A DNA stretch of 63,373 nucleotides, filler included, from an uncultured Clostridia bacterium (GTDB taxonomy: Bacteria; CAYTYR01; UBA6262), in the NCBI GenBank assembly GCA_964441745.1. It is 3 parts of 3 records of this genome, joined end to end, with 100 filler letters (N's around TTAATTAATTAA, not from the genome) between each part and the next. Parts side by side here need not be neighbours in the genome. Positions count along the whole stretch, not along the records: positions 27,522 to 54,436 come from CAYTYR010000022.1; 2 more parts are not named here. One strand, written 5' to 3'. Positions 40,613 to 49,809 of this stretch are shown here, piece after piece. The position numbers and the translations under genes were made by a program. The notes below the pieces were generated by a model. The model made no database searches, was not told where the DNA came from, and worked only from the letters and a program-made list of their open reading frames with translations. Positions within the stretch are counted from its first letter, which is position 1, and each line of letters begins with the position of its first letter.

Positions 40613-41400
40613 CTGCTATTTTGCAGAAAATGGGCCAGGTGCTGATCGCCTTTAGCGGGGGAGTGGACAGCGCCTTTCTTGTTTACCTGGCCAATAAAAT
40701 ATTACCAGGGAAGGTTCTGGCGGTAACGGCAGTTTCTGCTACTTATCCGGTAAAGGAATTAAAGGAAGCCGAAGCTTTGGCTAATAAAATTGGGGTCAAG
40801 CGCCTAGTGATTAAAACTCGCGAACTGGAAAGTGATAAATTCACGGCAAATACGCCAGAGCGTTGTTATTTCTGTAAAAAAGAATTGTTTGCCAAGTTGA
40901 AACAGCTGGCTAAAAAAAATAAAATTGAGGTAGTGGCAGATGCGGCCAATGTTGACGATCTAGATGATTACCGGCCAGGGGCCAGGGCGGGGCGGGAATT
41001 AGGGATCCGGCACCCTTTGCAGGAAGCGGGATTTACCAAACAGGATATTCGAAAACTGTCCCGCAGTTTTGGCCTGCCGACCTGGAATAAACCAGCTTTG
41101 GCTTGTTTAGCCTCACGGATCCCCTACGGTAATAAAATTACAAGTAAAAACCTGGCCAGGATAGGCCTGGCTGAAAAATATTTACAGGCGTTTGGATTAC
41201 GGCAATTAAGAGTAAGGGATTACGGGCTCATGGCCAGGATTGAAGTAGAACCGCCGGATTTTACGAAAATCATGAAATACAGGAAAAAAATAACCGGATA
41301 TTTCCAGAAATTGGGGTATCTATATATTACCTTAGACCTGGCAGGATACAGAATGGGCAGTCTTAATGCAGAGTTGCCAGTCAAAACGAGAAACAGTTAA
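40579..41400 (+). CDS. larE: ATP-dependent sulfur transferase, LarE family
   Basis: PP-loop FSGGVDS, RCYFCK, DDLDDYRPG, KPALACLASRIPYG, GYRMGSLN. Confidence 0.9.
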   Translation: MPSGKDKQKRLTAILQKMGQVLIAFSGGVDSAFLVYLANKILPGKVLAVTAVSATYPVKELKEAEALANKIGVKRLVIKTRELESDKFTANTPERCYFCKKELFAKLKQLAKKNKIEVVADAANVDDLDDYRPGARAGRELGIRHPLQEAGFTKQDIRKLSRSFGLPTWNKPALACLASRIPYGNKITSKNLARIGLAEKYLQAFGLRQLRVRDYGLMARIEVEPPDFTKIMKYRKKITGYFQKLGYLYITLDLAGYRMGSLNAELPVKTRNS

Positions 41401-41526
41401 AAGGTGTAAGTTTTGGAAGTAAGTATGGTCTGAGGTTTATGGATGTTAGGCTCTAAACCAAAGACTCTAGACCTACTTCTATACCTACCTCTACAACCTT
41501 CACCCTATTACTACTGTTATTCGCTT

Positions 41527-42621
41527 TTACTTATTTAGTACTTTTATAAATGTTTCTACGACAGTGGCATCGAATTGGGTGCCGCTGTATTTTTTTAGTT
41601 CCGCGATGGCATTATCTTGGCTTAGGCCTTGGCGATAAGGACGGTCAGTAACCATAGCATCATAAGTGTCAGCCACGCAGAGAATCCTGGCTTCTAAGCT
41701 GATGTCTTGATCATGCAACCCCTCTGGGTAGCCGCGCCCGTCGATACGTTCATGATGTTGTTTAATAGCGGTGATGATCCGCGGAGAAAGGCCGATCGGC
41801 CCCACAATTTGCGCGCTCATGGCTGAATGGCCTTTCATTAAAGTATATTCCTCATCGGTTAATTTGCCTGGCTTATTTAATACTGTTTCCGGGATCCCGA
41901 TCTTGCCTACATCATGCAGCAGAGCTGCTTGTTTGATCACTTCTATGGATTCTTCGTCCAGGTTCATGGCTTGGGCGATAGACAGGGCATATTCTCCCAC
42001 TCGGTCTACATGCCCGGCAGTATAATGGTCCTTCGCATTGATTGCCTCGGTCAGGGCATTGATTGCCCCCATGGAAGCATCCCGTAATTTTTTAAATAAC
42101 TGCGCATTATCTATGGCCACTGCTGCCTGGGAAGCAAAAATCTCAAAGATATACTGGTTATCCATATTAAAATAACCTTGTTTTTTTTGGTTGATAGCTT
42201 CCATTACTCCAATGATCCGGTTTTTCACTTTTAAAGGGACGCAAAGAATACTTTTAGTTTTGAATTGTGTGGAATCGTCGAATTTTGAAGCGAAACGCGG
42301 GTCTTTAGAAACGTCATTGATAATGAGGGGCAGCCCGTATTGGGCTACCTGTCCCGCGATGCCTTCGCCTATTTTTACCCGTATCTGTTTGATCTGTTCC
42401 CTTTTTTCACCCAAAGCCACATTAAAATAAAGTTCCTGTTTAGTCTCATCCAGCAACATTAAAGAGCTGGCTTCTGAGCTCACCACTTGAGCGGCTAAGG
42501 TCATGATCAAGTTCAATAAATTATCCAGATCCAAAGTTGAGATAATGATCTTATTCAACTCCAGCAACATGGATAATTCCTGTACGCGTTGTTCTAGGGC
42601 ATCGAAGTCTTTTTGTTCCAT
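41527..42621 (-). CDS. GAF plus HD-GYP cyclic-dinucleotide phosphodiesterase
   Basis: GAF domain (GEGIAG, DPRF, SILCVPL), then KDHYTAGH, LHDVGKIG, HHERIDGRGYP, ADTYDAM, RPYR. Confidence 0.92.
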   Translation of the reverse strand: MEQKDFDALEQRVQELSMLLELNKIIISTLDLDNLLNLIMTLAAQVVSSEASSLMLLDETKQELYFNVALGEKREQIKQIRVKIGEGIAGQVAQYGLPLIINDVSKDPRFASKFDDSTQFKTKSILCVPLKVKNRIIGVMEAINQKKQGYFNMDNQYIFEIFASQAAVAIDNAQLFKKLRDASMGAINALTEAINAKDHYTAGHVDRVGEYALSIAQAMNLDEESIEVIKQAALLHDVGKIGIPETVLNKPGKLTDEEYTLMKGHSAMSAQIVGPIGLSPRIITAIKQHHERIDGRGYPEGLHDQDISLEARILCVADTYDAMVTDRPYRQGLSQDNAIAELKKYSGTQFDATVVETFIKVLNK

Positions 42622-42656
42622 AGCTCAATCCTGGTTTTTTATGATGATCCAGTCTT

Positions 42657-42721
42657 ATTATATAATACAGTAATGAAAACCTCAAGAATTTCTTGCAAAA
42701 TGTTTATCTTTGAGATATAGT
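42657..42721. promoter_or_regulatory. Back-to-back divergent sigma70 promoters
   Basis: Minus strand TTGAGG (42685-42680)-17-TATAAT (42662-42657); plus strand TTGCAA (42693-42698)-17-TATAGT (42716-42721). Confidence 0.6.
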
Positions 42722-42757
42722 AAAATTCACAACTCTATTTCCACTGAGAGGATTTTT

Positions 42758-44011
42758 GTGGCTAAAGCAATGATCAATATCTGGTTGATGCAAGAGCATG
42801 AGCATTTGTTCAAAAATACTATTGTCCCTGAGTTCGAGAAGCTGCATCCGGATATTGAGCTTATCTTAACCACTACCAGCTGGCATTTTTTGTGGGATAA
42901 AGTTGTGATGTTTTCCAAGCGGAAACAGGGGCCGGATGTCTTGCAGATCGGCAGCACTTGGAACGGAGTACTGGCAGAAATCGGAGCCATCAAAGATATT
43001 ACCGTAAACCTGGCCTCTATTGGCGGCCTAGACATCTTCATTAAAGAAGCGGCTAAAACCTGTGTTTTCCCCGGGACTGGCCATGTGTCTTCAATCCCCT
43101 GGTATTTAGATTCCAGGGCGTTATTTTATCGTCAGGAGATATTGGATATCCATGGCTTTACGGCACATGACCTGGGCACACTGGAGAGCCTGGAAAAAGT
43201 CAGCGCGGCGGTACATAACTTCAAAGCCGGAGATAAAATAGTTTCTGCTTTTAGTCTCTCCGGGCAGAAAGATGCCCAATTGATCCATTCACTGGCTCCC
43301 TGGATCTGGAACAATGGGGGAGATTTTATGACTCCGGATGGTAAAAAGCTCAGCTTTAATAGTCCGGCCGCTTTAGCTGGGATGGCAGCTTATTTCTCTT
43401 TTATTGATAAGTATTGTGACAAAGCTTCGATTATGCAGGGGTATGAAACTTTTCTGGATAGTTTTTTCCGTAAAGGTAATAGCTGCCTGGCTTACACTGG
43501 ACCTTGGGTAAACAGCACTTATCTTAATCCTCAACAGGAGCTTTATAATCGGGTCAGTTCGCATATTGAAGCTACTCTAATGCCTGGCGGCCCGGCTGGC
43601 CGGTTTACCTTTTTAGGAGGCAGTAACCTGGCTGTCTCGGAATTTTCCAAACATCCGGACGAGGCTTGGGAACTGGTTAAATTCCTGACACAATTACCGG
43701 TACAGGAAAGGTTCTGCGCCGCTAATCACCAATTGCCGAGCTTAGCTGCAGCTTATAAGACCAAAGGCGTCATCGATAACACGCCACAAAAAATATTCAG
43801 GGATGCCGTACAGCACGGTCGGACTTTCCCTAATCATGCTAATTGGGCGCAGATCGAGGATATCCTCATCGAATATATTCATCGTCTGCTGGTTAGTATT
43901 GCCGAAGGTATTTATACCGCAGATTTAATGCGGGAAAGTATCCAGGAAGCAGCGGCTAAGGGTAACTTGCTGTTAATCCAGGAAGAACAATGGCGTAAGG
44001 AGAAAAATTGA
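42758..44011 (+). CDS. Sugar-type solute-binding-protein fold (SBP family 1) lacking a signal peptide, paralog 1
   Basis: FEKLHPDI, GPDVLQIGSTW, SIPWYLDSRALFY, GPW, FLGGSNL. GTG 42758 follows GAGAGGA and aligns with the start of paralog 2. Confidence 0.8.
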   Translation: MAKAMINIWLMQEHEHLFKNTIVPEFEKLHPDIELILTTTSWHFLWDKVVMFSKRKQGPDVLQIGSTWNGVLAEIGAIKDITVNLASIGGLDIFIKEAAKTCVFPGTGHVSSIPWYLDSRALFYRQEILDIHGFTAHDLGTLESLEKVSAAVHNFKAGDKIVSAFSLSGQKDAQLIHSLAPWIWNNGGDFMTPDGKKLSFNSPAALAGMAAYFSFIDKYCDKASIMQGYETFLDSFFRKGNSCLAYTGPWVNSTYLNPQQELYNRVSSHIEATLMPGGPAGRFTFLGGSNLAVSEFSKHPDEAWELVKFLTQLPVQERFCAANHQLPSLAAAYKTKGVIDNTPQKIFRDAVQHGRTFPNHANWAQIEDILIEYIHRLLVSIAEGIYTADLMRESIQEAAAKGNLLLIQEEQWRKEKN

Positions 44012-45255
44012 CAAGGACAGTGATCAGTGTCTGGTTAACACATGAACATGAGCAGTTGGTACGGCATACTATTTTGCCGGATTTTAAGAAAAAATATCCC
44101 TCCATTGATGTCGTCTTGACCACGACCGGCTGGCGTTTCTTATGGGAAAAAGTGGCCATGTTCTCCAAAAAGAAACAAGGGCCGGATGTGCTGCAATTTG
44201 GCAGTACCTGGAATGGCGCCCTGGCTCAGCTAGGAGCCTTATATGATATCACCAGTCAGGTCAGCGAGATGGGTGGCCTGAATAATTTTGTGCCGGCCAG
44301 TGGCCGGCTCTGTACTTTTCCTGGCAGTAATAAGATTTCCTCAGTCCCCTGGTATGTGGATGTGCGGGCTTTATATTTTCGCAAAAATGTGCTGGATGAA
44401 CACCTGATCTCCAGTCGTGACCTGGAGACCTTGGATGATTTGATCAGAATTTGCGAAAAAGTGCATAATACCAGGATAGATAATAAGGAAATAGCAGCCT
44501 TGGGGGTGATTGGCAATAAGGATGCTCAAATCGTGCATGGTATTGCCCCCTGGATCTGGAATTACGGCGGCAGTTTTTTGCGCGCAGACGGGAGAGAGTC
44601 CGCTTTTCATGAACCAGCAGCATTAAAAGGTTTGGAAATCTATTTTAACCTGATTAATATCTATAGCAAACTAGACCTGCTGGGTCAGAATTATGAAGCC
44701 TTTACCGATTCTTTTGCGGTTAAAGGAGATTACACCTTTGCTTATTTAGGACCCTGGTTGAATAATACCCACCTTAATCCAAAATCACCAACCTATAATA
44801 AAGTAGGTGCCAGTATTCATCCAGTGGTTATGCCTGGCGGCCCGGCCGGGCGTTTCACCTTTATGGGTGGCAGTAATTTAGGTATTTCTTCTTTTTCCCA
44901 CCATCCTGAAGAAGCCTGGTCTTTTGTTGAGTTCCTCATGCAACGCCAGGTGCAGGAACAATTTTGCGCCGCTAATAACCAGCTGCCAAGTTTGCTGGAA
45001 TGTTATACTCCTTCTTATCTCTTGGATACGACACACAATAAGGTGTTTAAGGAATCAGTACGTTATGGCCGAGGGTTCCCGAACAGTCCTTATTGGGCGC
45101 CGATCGAGGATATTTTAATAGATTATATCTATGAGATGTTTATTGCCATCAGGTCACAAAGTTATTCGAAGCAGTTGTTAACAGAAAAGACCTTCGAGGC
45201 GGCAGTGAAATGCAATCTGATCCTTAAAGGCGATCCTTTTATCTTAAGAAGATAA
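44008..45255 (+). CDS. Sugar-type solute-binding-protein fold lacking a signal peptide, paralog 2
   Basis: Colinear with paralog 1 (EHE, QGPDVLQ.GSTWNG, MPGGPAGRFTF.GGSNL, FCAAN.QLPSL, IEDILI). TTGA overlap with paralog 1. Confidence 0.8.
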   Translation: MTRTVISVWLTHEHEQLVRHTILPDFKKKYPSIDVVLTTTGWRFLWEKVAMFSKKKQGPDVLQFGSTWNGALAQLGALYDITSQVSEMGGLNNFVPASGRLCTFPGSNKISSVPWYVDVRALYFRKNVLDEHLISSRDLETLDDLIRICEKVHNTRIDNKEIAALGVIGNKDAQIVHGIAPWIWNYGGSFLRADGRESAFHEPAALKGLEIYFNLINIYSKLDLLGQNYEAFTDSFAVKGDYTFAYLGPWLNNTHLNPKSPTYNKVGASIHPVVMPGGPAGRFTFMGGSNLGISSFSHHPEEAWSFVEFLMQRQVQEQFCAANNQLPSLLECYTPSYLLDTTHNKVFKESVRYGRGFPNSPYWAPIEDILIDYIYEMFIAIRSQSYSKQLLTEKTFEAAVKCNLILKGDPFILRR

Positions 45256-45298
45256 AAAAAGCGGTTACTAGCCGCTAATCATCTAGTATCCGGCGAAT

Positions 45299-45335
45299 AA
45301 AAAAACAGGCTCAAGTTATGAGCCTGTTTTTATTT
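45299..45335. terminator. Bidirectional intrinsic terminator
   Basis: aaaaacaggctca-agtta-tgagcctgttttt between convergent genes. Confidence 0.85.
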
Positions 45336-45371
45336 ATCGGTCAACGGCTAACGGCGAACGATTAACGGTAT

Positions 45372-46532
45372 TTACTGTATTTCCGCGGTTATACTGCTAT
45401 TGGTGACGGTAATGACTTTTACCTTGATGTTTTCGACTTTTGTTTCCAGCTTTTGGGCGATAGCTGAAATACTTTCTATTTCTGTGCCCACCTTAATATC
45501 TGCTATCCCCTGGTTAAAGTTTTCGGTCTGGGTATATTTAACTTCGATCATGTTCCGCAGTCCTTTCAGCACAGCATCTAACTGATTCAAAGAGGTGATG
45601 TTTCTGATGCTGACAGAAATAAAATTAAAAGATTTCAAACGTTGATCCAGCACCCTGGTCAGGTCTTCAGCTGCGATCGTGGCCGCGCGTTTCAAGGCTT
45701 CCCGGCTGGCGGCTTCGCGGGTAGTGCTTACGCCGCCGCTGGAAAAAGTATTACTATAGATTAAGGCGGCCTGTTTGATCTTTAAAACCTTAAAGCTGAT
45801 CGTAGCGCGGTAAGAGATCATCCCGCCCAATCCCTGGTCAGTATTAAAGGACGAAAGGGCATTTCCGGTGATGAGCACATCAGCTTTAGTTATTTCTCCC
45901 ACTTTTTTTTGCTGGTCCAGGTTGTTAAAAAAGTTATCAGCCTTTAGATTTATGGCCGCAGTAGAAAGTTCATTAATATCTACTACTTTATATTGCAGGG
46001 TTAAGAGTTTTTCGTTAAGAGTTTGTTCGCTGATGCCATCGCTTTCCGGCATTCCGTCCACCCGGTCCATAATCACTACTCCGATGCGCAGATTTGAAGT
46101 CGCTGGCGCCGGAGGAGCCAGAAGTCCCAACAGATTAAGGTCTTTATTCACCGCTTCGATCTTGACCAGGGCTTCTATTTTTGTTTTATAAAAATCGCCT
46201 TCTCGTCCTTCGCTGATGATCTTGTATTTTTTTATATAGCCATTAGTTTTAGAGAGGATCTGTTGATCCACCAGTATGGCTTTTTCTACCCTGGTAGCGG
46301 CATTGACATATACGCCTACGGTCATTTCCACGGCATTCCGCTGCGCTTCAGCCAAAGCTCTTTTTTGGGCATCCAAAAGATCGTTATTGAGAACCGAGGC
46401 CAGGCCTTCAGCCAGGACTACTTCAGTAATTTCTTTTTCTTCCTTGGCTGATCCCTTGATATTAGTTCCGCTGGAAGCGCAGGCGCCTAAGACCAAAACA
46501 CTTAATAGGAGTATCAATAATCTATTTTTCAA
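45372..46532 (-). CDS. Lipoprotein with an FlgT-N/LPP20-like N-terminal domain
   Basis: Lipobox LGAC; AEG.A...A...AL..A.RNAVE...GV.V pattern. TTG start after GGAGGA. Confidence 0.65.
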   Translation of the reverse strand: MKNRLLILLLSVLVLGACASSGTNIKGSAKEEKEITEVVLAEGLASVLNNDLLDAQKRALAEAQRNAVEMTVGVYVNAATRVEKAILVDQQILSKTNGYIKKYKIISEGREGDFYKTKIEALVKIEAVNKDLNLLGLLAPPAPATSNLRIGVVIMDRVDGMPESDGISEQTLNEKLLTLQYKVVDINELSTAAINLKADNFFNNLDQQKKVGEITKADVLITGNALSSFNTDQGLGGMISYRATISFKVLKIKQAALIYSNTFSSGGVSTTREAASREALKRAATIAAEDLTRVLDQRLKSFNFISVSIRNITSLNQLDAVLKGLRNMIEVKYTQTENFNQGIADIKVGTEIESISAIAQKLETKVENIKVKVITVTNSSITAEIQ

Positions 46533-46571
46533 ACTATTCCTCCTGGTATATATTCATTATCCCGGTTTGGG

Positions 46572-46636
46572 GATTAAACAGATTAAGGCATAGATGTTTA
46601 TGCAATCGGTGTAATCGCCTTTTTAAATCTGTAATC
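46572..46636. repeat. Family A units in inverted arrangement
   Basis: gattaaacagatt (46572-46584) facing aatcggtgtaatc (46604-46616) and aatctgtaatc (46626-46636). Confidence 0.7.
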
Positions 46637-46661
46637 AAGACATCCTGGGCTTATAGGATGT

Positions 46662-47108
46662 CTATTTGAAATTCATCTTGGTCATTTGTGCCAGTCTCTT
46701 CTTGGAAAGCCGCAGGGTGACAATACAGCCATCGTCAGCAGTCCATTCGGTCTTCAGGACTTCCGCTCCTTTAACTGAGTCGTTGACCAGGGCGGAGATA
46801 CTGGAATCTTTTTCCATAGCCTGGGAGACGGTAATTCCTCCTTCTATTTGCAGTCCTTTAATGATGCCAACCATTTCATATTGGGCCATGGTAATAGCTG
46901 CGGTCCGGCTGGTGGCCTGCTTTTGAGTCTTATTATCCATCTTTTGGTCAGCGGCTCCGATACCGATAGTCTGGATAAAATCAGTATTCTGTATTTCGCC
47001 ATCCAGGGTTTTCTTTAATTCTCCGCCTTTAGTGTGGGTTTGTACACTACTGCAGGCGTTTAGTAATACCAAACTGAATCCCAGCAATATAACCAGTGCC
47101 TTGTTCAT
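46662..47108 (-). CDS. LPP20-like lipoprotein
   Basis: Lipobox LNAC; GIG.A...A.SR.AA...AQ pattern; strong AAGGAGGT SD. Confidence 0.6.
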   Translation of the reverse strand: MNKALVILLGFSLVLLNACSSVQTHTKGGELKKTLDGEIQNTDFIQTIGIGAADQKMDNKTQKQATSRTAAITMAQYEMVGIIKGLQIEGGITVSQAMEKDSSISALVNDSVKGAEVLKTEWTADDGCIVTLRLSKKRLAQMTKMNFK

Positions 47109-47150
47109 ACTAACCTCCTTAATTAAAACGCAAGTGCTTTTATTGTTTCT

Positions 47151-47179
47151 ATTTTACTCCCGGGGCAGGGTGTTGTCAA
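47151..47179 (-). promoter_or_regulatory. Sigma70 promoter of the lipoprotein pair
   Basis: TTGACA (47179-47174)-17-TAAAAT (47156-47151) on the minus strand. Confidence 0.7.
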
Positions 47180-47191
47180 TATGAAAGCAGA

Positions 47192-48457
47192 TTAGTTCTT
47201 ACTGGAGTCCCTGCCCCCTCCAAAATTCGCTGGCGGGCGCGGCGCCGATGTTCCAGTGGCGGGTGAAGTCAGGAGACTCTGACTGAGCTGCTGCAGCCTT
47301 TCTTTTTTCACCTGTTCAAATTGGGCCAGGGATTGGTTTGGAATAGAAGAGGCTTCAGGCAGCTTCAGGGCTAGAAAATTAATAAATTGCCGTCCTTGCA
47401 TTAAGCGAAAGTCCAGATGTGGCCCGGTAGAAAGTCCGCTGGAGCCAACATAGCCAATAACCTGACCGCGCGATACCCTGGTCCCGCTTCTGATCCCTTT
47501 GGCATATTTGCTCAAATGGCCATAGGTAGAAGTATAGCCGTTGGGATGCCGTACCTTAATGAATCGGCCGAATCCGCCTTCCCAACCGGCAAAAAGGACA
47601 GTGCCATCGCCGATCGTTGCTACTGGCGTGCCATTGGGGGCTGAGTAATCAATACCGAGATGCGGGCGGTAGATTTTCAGGATCGGATGCCAGCGCCGGC
47701 GGGTGAAAAAAGAGGAAATACGGCGATAGTTCAGCGGTGATCTTAAAAAGGCTTTCCGCAGTGACTTGCCATTAACTGAATAATAGTCTTTATGTTTAGA
47801 ATTATCTTCGAAATAAATAGCCAGGTGTTCTTGGCCGCTATTAATGTACTTAGCGGCCAGGATCTGTCCATTCTTGATGAAGCGGCCATTAGCGTAATAC
47901 TTTTCATAGACGACCGCAAAGGTATCGTCTACCCGCGGATCTGTTAAAAAGTCTATTTCATAACTAAAAATATCAGCAAAACTAAGGACTAGTTCCGGGG
48001 ATTCTCCGGAAGAGGTCATAGCTTCATAAAGATTATTTTTGATCGAGCCTTGAAAAATATTGATCTTCTTTTCCAAGGGGATATCTATTTTAGTAATAAG
48101 ATAGTTTTGCTGATCATCCAGGGCGATCTCATACTTGATGACCGGACTGGCATGATAGATGAACTTAACCAAAGAACCGATATCTTTGAGGGTAATTATT
48201 TCATAAGTATCTCCCACTTTGCATTTACGTAAGTCGAAAACAGTATCCATAGCTTTAATAACGGACTTTATCTGGAGTTCGGTTAAAGTCGTCTCAGACA
48301 AGGAACTACTGAGAGTGTCGCCCTCTTCTAAGGTATAGAGCTGAGTTTGCACGGGAGGATGTTGGCGTTGATAATTGAGATGTCTCCGGTACGCAATCCC
48401 TGCCCCGATAATTATAATAACCACAACCAGTAGTAGGCCCAGTAGTTTTTTATGCAT
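47192..48457 (-). CDS. M23 family peptidoglycan DD-endopeptidase (MepM/Csd3-like)
   Basis: N-terminal TM anchor; RHP-type motif, HLGID, YGHLS, STGPHLDF (HxxxD and HxH-type Zn site). Start moved to ATG 48457. Confidence 0.88.
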   Translation of the reverse strand: MHKKLLGLLLVVVIIIIGAGIAYRRHLNYQRQHPPVQTQLYTLEEGDTLSSSLSETTLTELQIKSVIKAMDTVFDLRKCKVGDTYEIITLKDIGSLVKFIYHASPVIKYEIALDDQQNYLITKIDIPLEKKINIFQGSIKNNLYEAMTSSGESPELVLSFADIFSYEIDFLTDPRVDDTFAVVYEKYYANGRFIKNGQILAAKYINSGQEHLAIYFEDNSKHKDYYSVNGKSLRKAFLRSPLNYRRISSFFTRRRWHPILKIYRPHLGIDYSAPNGTPVATIGDGTVLFAGWEGGFGRFIKVRHPNGYTSTYGHLSKYAKGIRSGTRVSRGQVIGYVGSSGLSTGPHLDFRLMQGRQFINFLALKLPEASSIPNQSLAQFEQVKKERLQQLSQSLLTSPATGTSAPRPPANFGGGRDSSKN

Positions 48458-48502
48458 AAATCTATATGTATCTTTTATTGCGCTTTTTGTCAAACAAAAA
48501 GA

Positions 48503-48531
48503 TGGACAAATATTTTTAATGTTGATATAAT
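48503..48531 (+). promoter_or_regulatory. Sigma70 promoter
   Basis: TGGACA-17-TATAAT, with an extended -10 TG. Confidence 0.6.
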
Positions 48532-48610
48532 CCATAATATAAAAACATAAAATAAAATCTTAAATCTGGGTAATCACTATTTATTAATACTTGGGTAATT
48601 GGAGGTTACA

Positions 48611-49783
48611 ATGAGGAAAGTATGGTGGGTGAGTTTACTCATGTTTTTAGCTTTACCAGGATACGTTGCGGCCGCGGATTGGCCAATGTTTCATTATAAT
48701 GCCGGGCATACCGGTTATGTTGAAGAACCGTTAGGAAAGATTTGGAGTTATCCTACCAGCAAGGAAATAGTATCCAGCCCGGCAGTTAAAGACGGGCTGG
48801 TTTTTTTTGGCGGCTATGATAAACGGATTTACGCCCTGGATGCCCGGACCGGAGAAAAAAAATGGGATTTTGTGACCGGGGATAAGATAAAATCTTCTCC
48901 GGCCCTGAGCGATGATTTTATACTTATTGGCAGTATGGACAAAAAATTATATGCGCTAAATGCCAAGACCGGGGAAAAAGTCTGGGAATTTTTAACCGGC
49001 AAAAAGATTGAATCCAGCCCGGTCGCCGGCGAGATCAGTTTCCTGGCAGCGCCTGATCCGGTCGGGGAAGATAAAATTGAACCAACGAAAAAGGCCATAA
49101 AAATTGTTTTAATCGGTTCTACTGACGGTAAGTTATATTGCTTAAAAGCTGAAAACGGCGAAAAGCTATGGGAATTCAAAGCCACTGATGAAATATTTTC
49201 TACCCCGGCGCTCAAGGATAATATCGTTTACTTGGCTACCGGCGGCGGCCGGATCTATGCTCTCGATGGCGCTAACGGCAAAGCCATTTGGGAAAATAGA
49301 AAACTAAGCGGCAATTTTCTGGAATCCTCTCCCGCGGTTACCGGCGATCTGCTCTTTATTGGTTCCACTGGCAGCCGGATGTACGCTTTAAAAAAAGAGA
49401 ACGGCGACAAAGTCTGGGAATTTGTGACTGAGGGCGGCTATGTTTGCTCTTCGCCAGCCGTTGTTAATGGCAAAGTCTATTTTGGAGCCAGCGATGCTAA
49501 AATCTATTGTTTGTCTGCTTCCAGCGGGGAAAAAATTTGGGAGTACAAAACTGATAAATTGATTTACGCTTCTTCGCCTGCTATCGTCAATGGCGTGTTG
49601 TATATTGGCGCGACGGATAACCGTTTATATGCTTTAGACGCTGATACCGGAACGAAATTATGGCAGTTTACCTGCGGTAAACCGGTTAATAGCTCACCCG
49701 CAGTCATAGAGGAGATAGTTTATTTTGGCAGTGAAGACGGACTATTTTATGCCCTGAACGCAAAAGCAGGGATTAAGTACTAA
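48611..49783 (+). CDS. Secreted PQQ-like (BamB-type) eight-bladed beta-propeller
   Basis: Signal peptide ending AAA-DWPMF; repeats of SSPAV....FGS.D..LYAL.A.TGE..W. ATG follows GGAGG. Confidence 0.88.
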   Translation: MRKVWWVSLLMFLALPGYVAAADWPMFHYNAGHTGYVEEPLGKIWSYPTSKEIVSSPAVKDGLVFFGGYDKRIYALDARTGEKKWDFVTGDKIKSSPALSDDFILIGSMDKKLYALNAKTGEKVWEFLTGKKIESSPVAGEISFLAAPDPVGEDKIEPTKKAIKIVLIGSTDGKLYCLKAENGEKLWEFKATDEIFSTPALKDNIVYLATGGGRIYALDGANGKAIWENRKLSGNFLESSPAVTGDLLFIGSTGSRMYALKKENGDKVWEFVTEGGYVCSSPAVVNGKVYFGASDAKIYCLSASSGEKIWEYKTDKLIYASSPAIVNGVLYIGATDNRLYALDADTGTKLWQFTCGKPVNSSPAVIEEIVYFGSEDGLFYALNAKAGIKY

Positions 49784-49809
49784 TAAGTACTATAAAAAAA
49801 GGTCTACCC

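Noticed and set aside
42710-42757. Possible signal peptide for SBP paralog 1 from the upstream TTG
   Set aside because: The 16 extra residues are polar, overlap the predicted promoter and have no counterpart in paralog 2.
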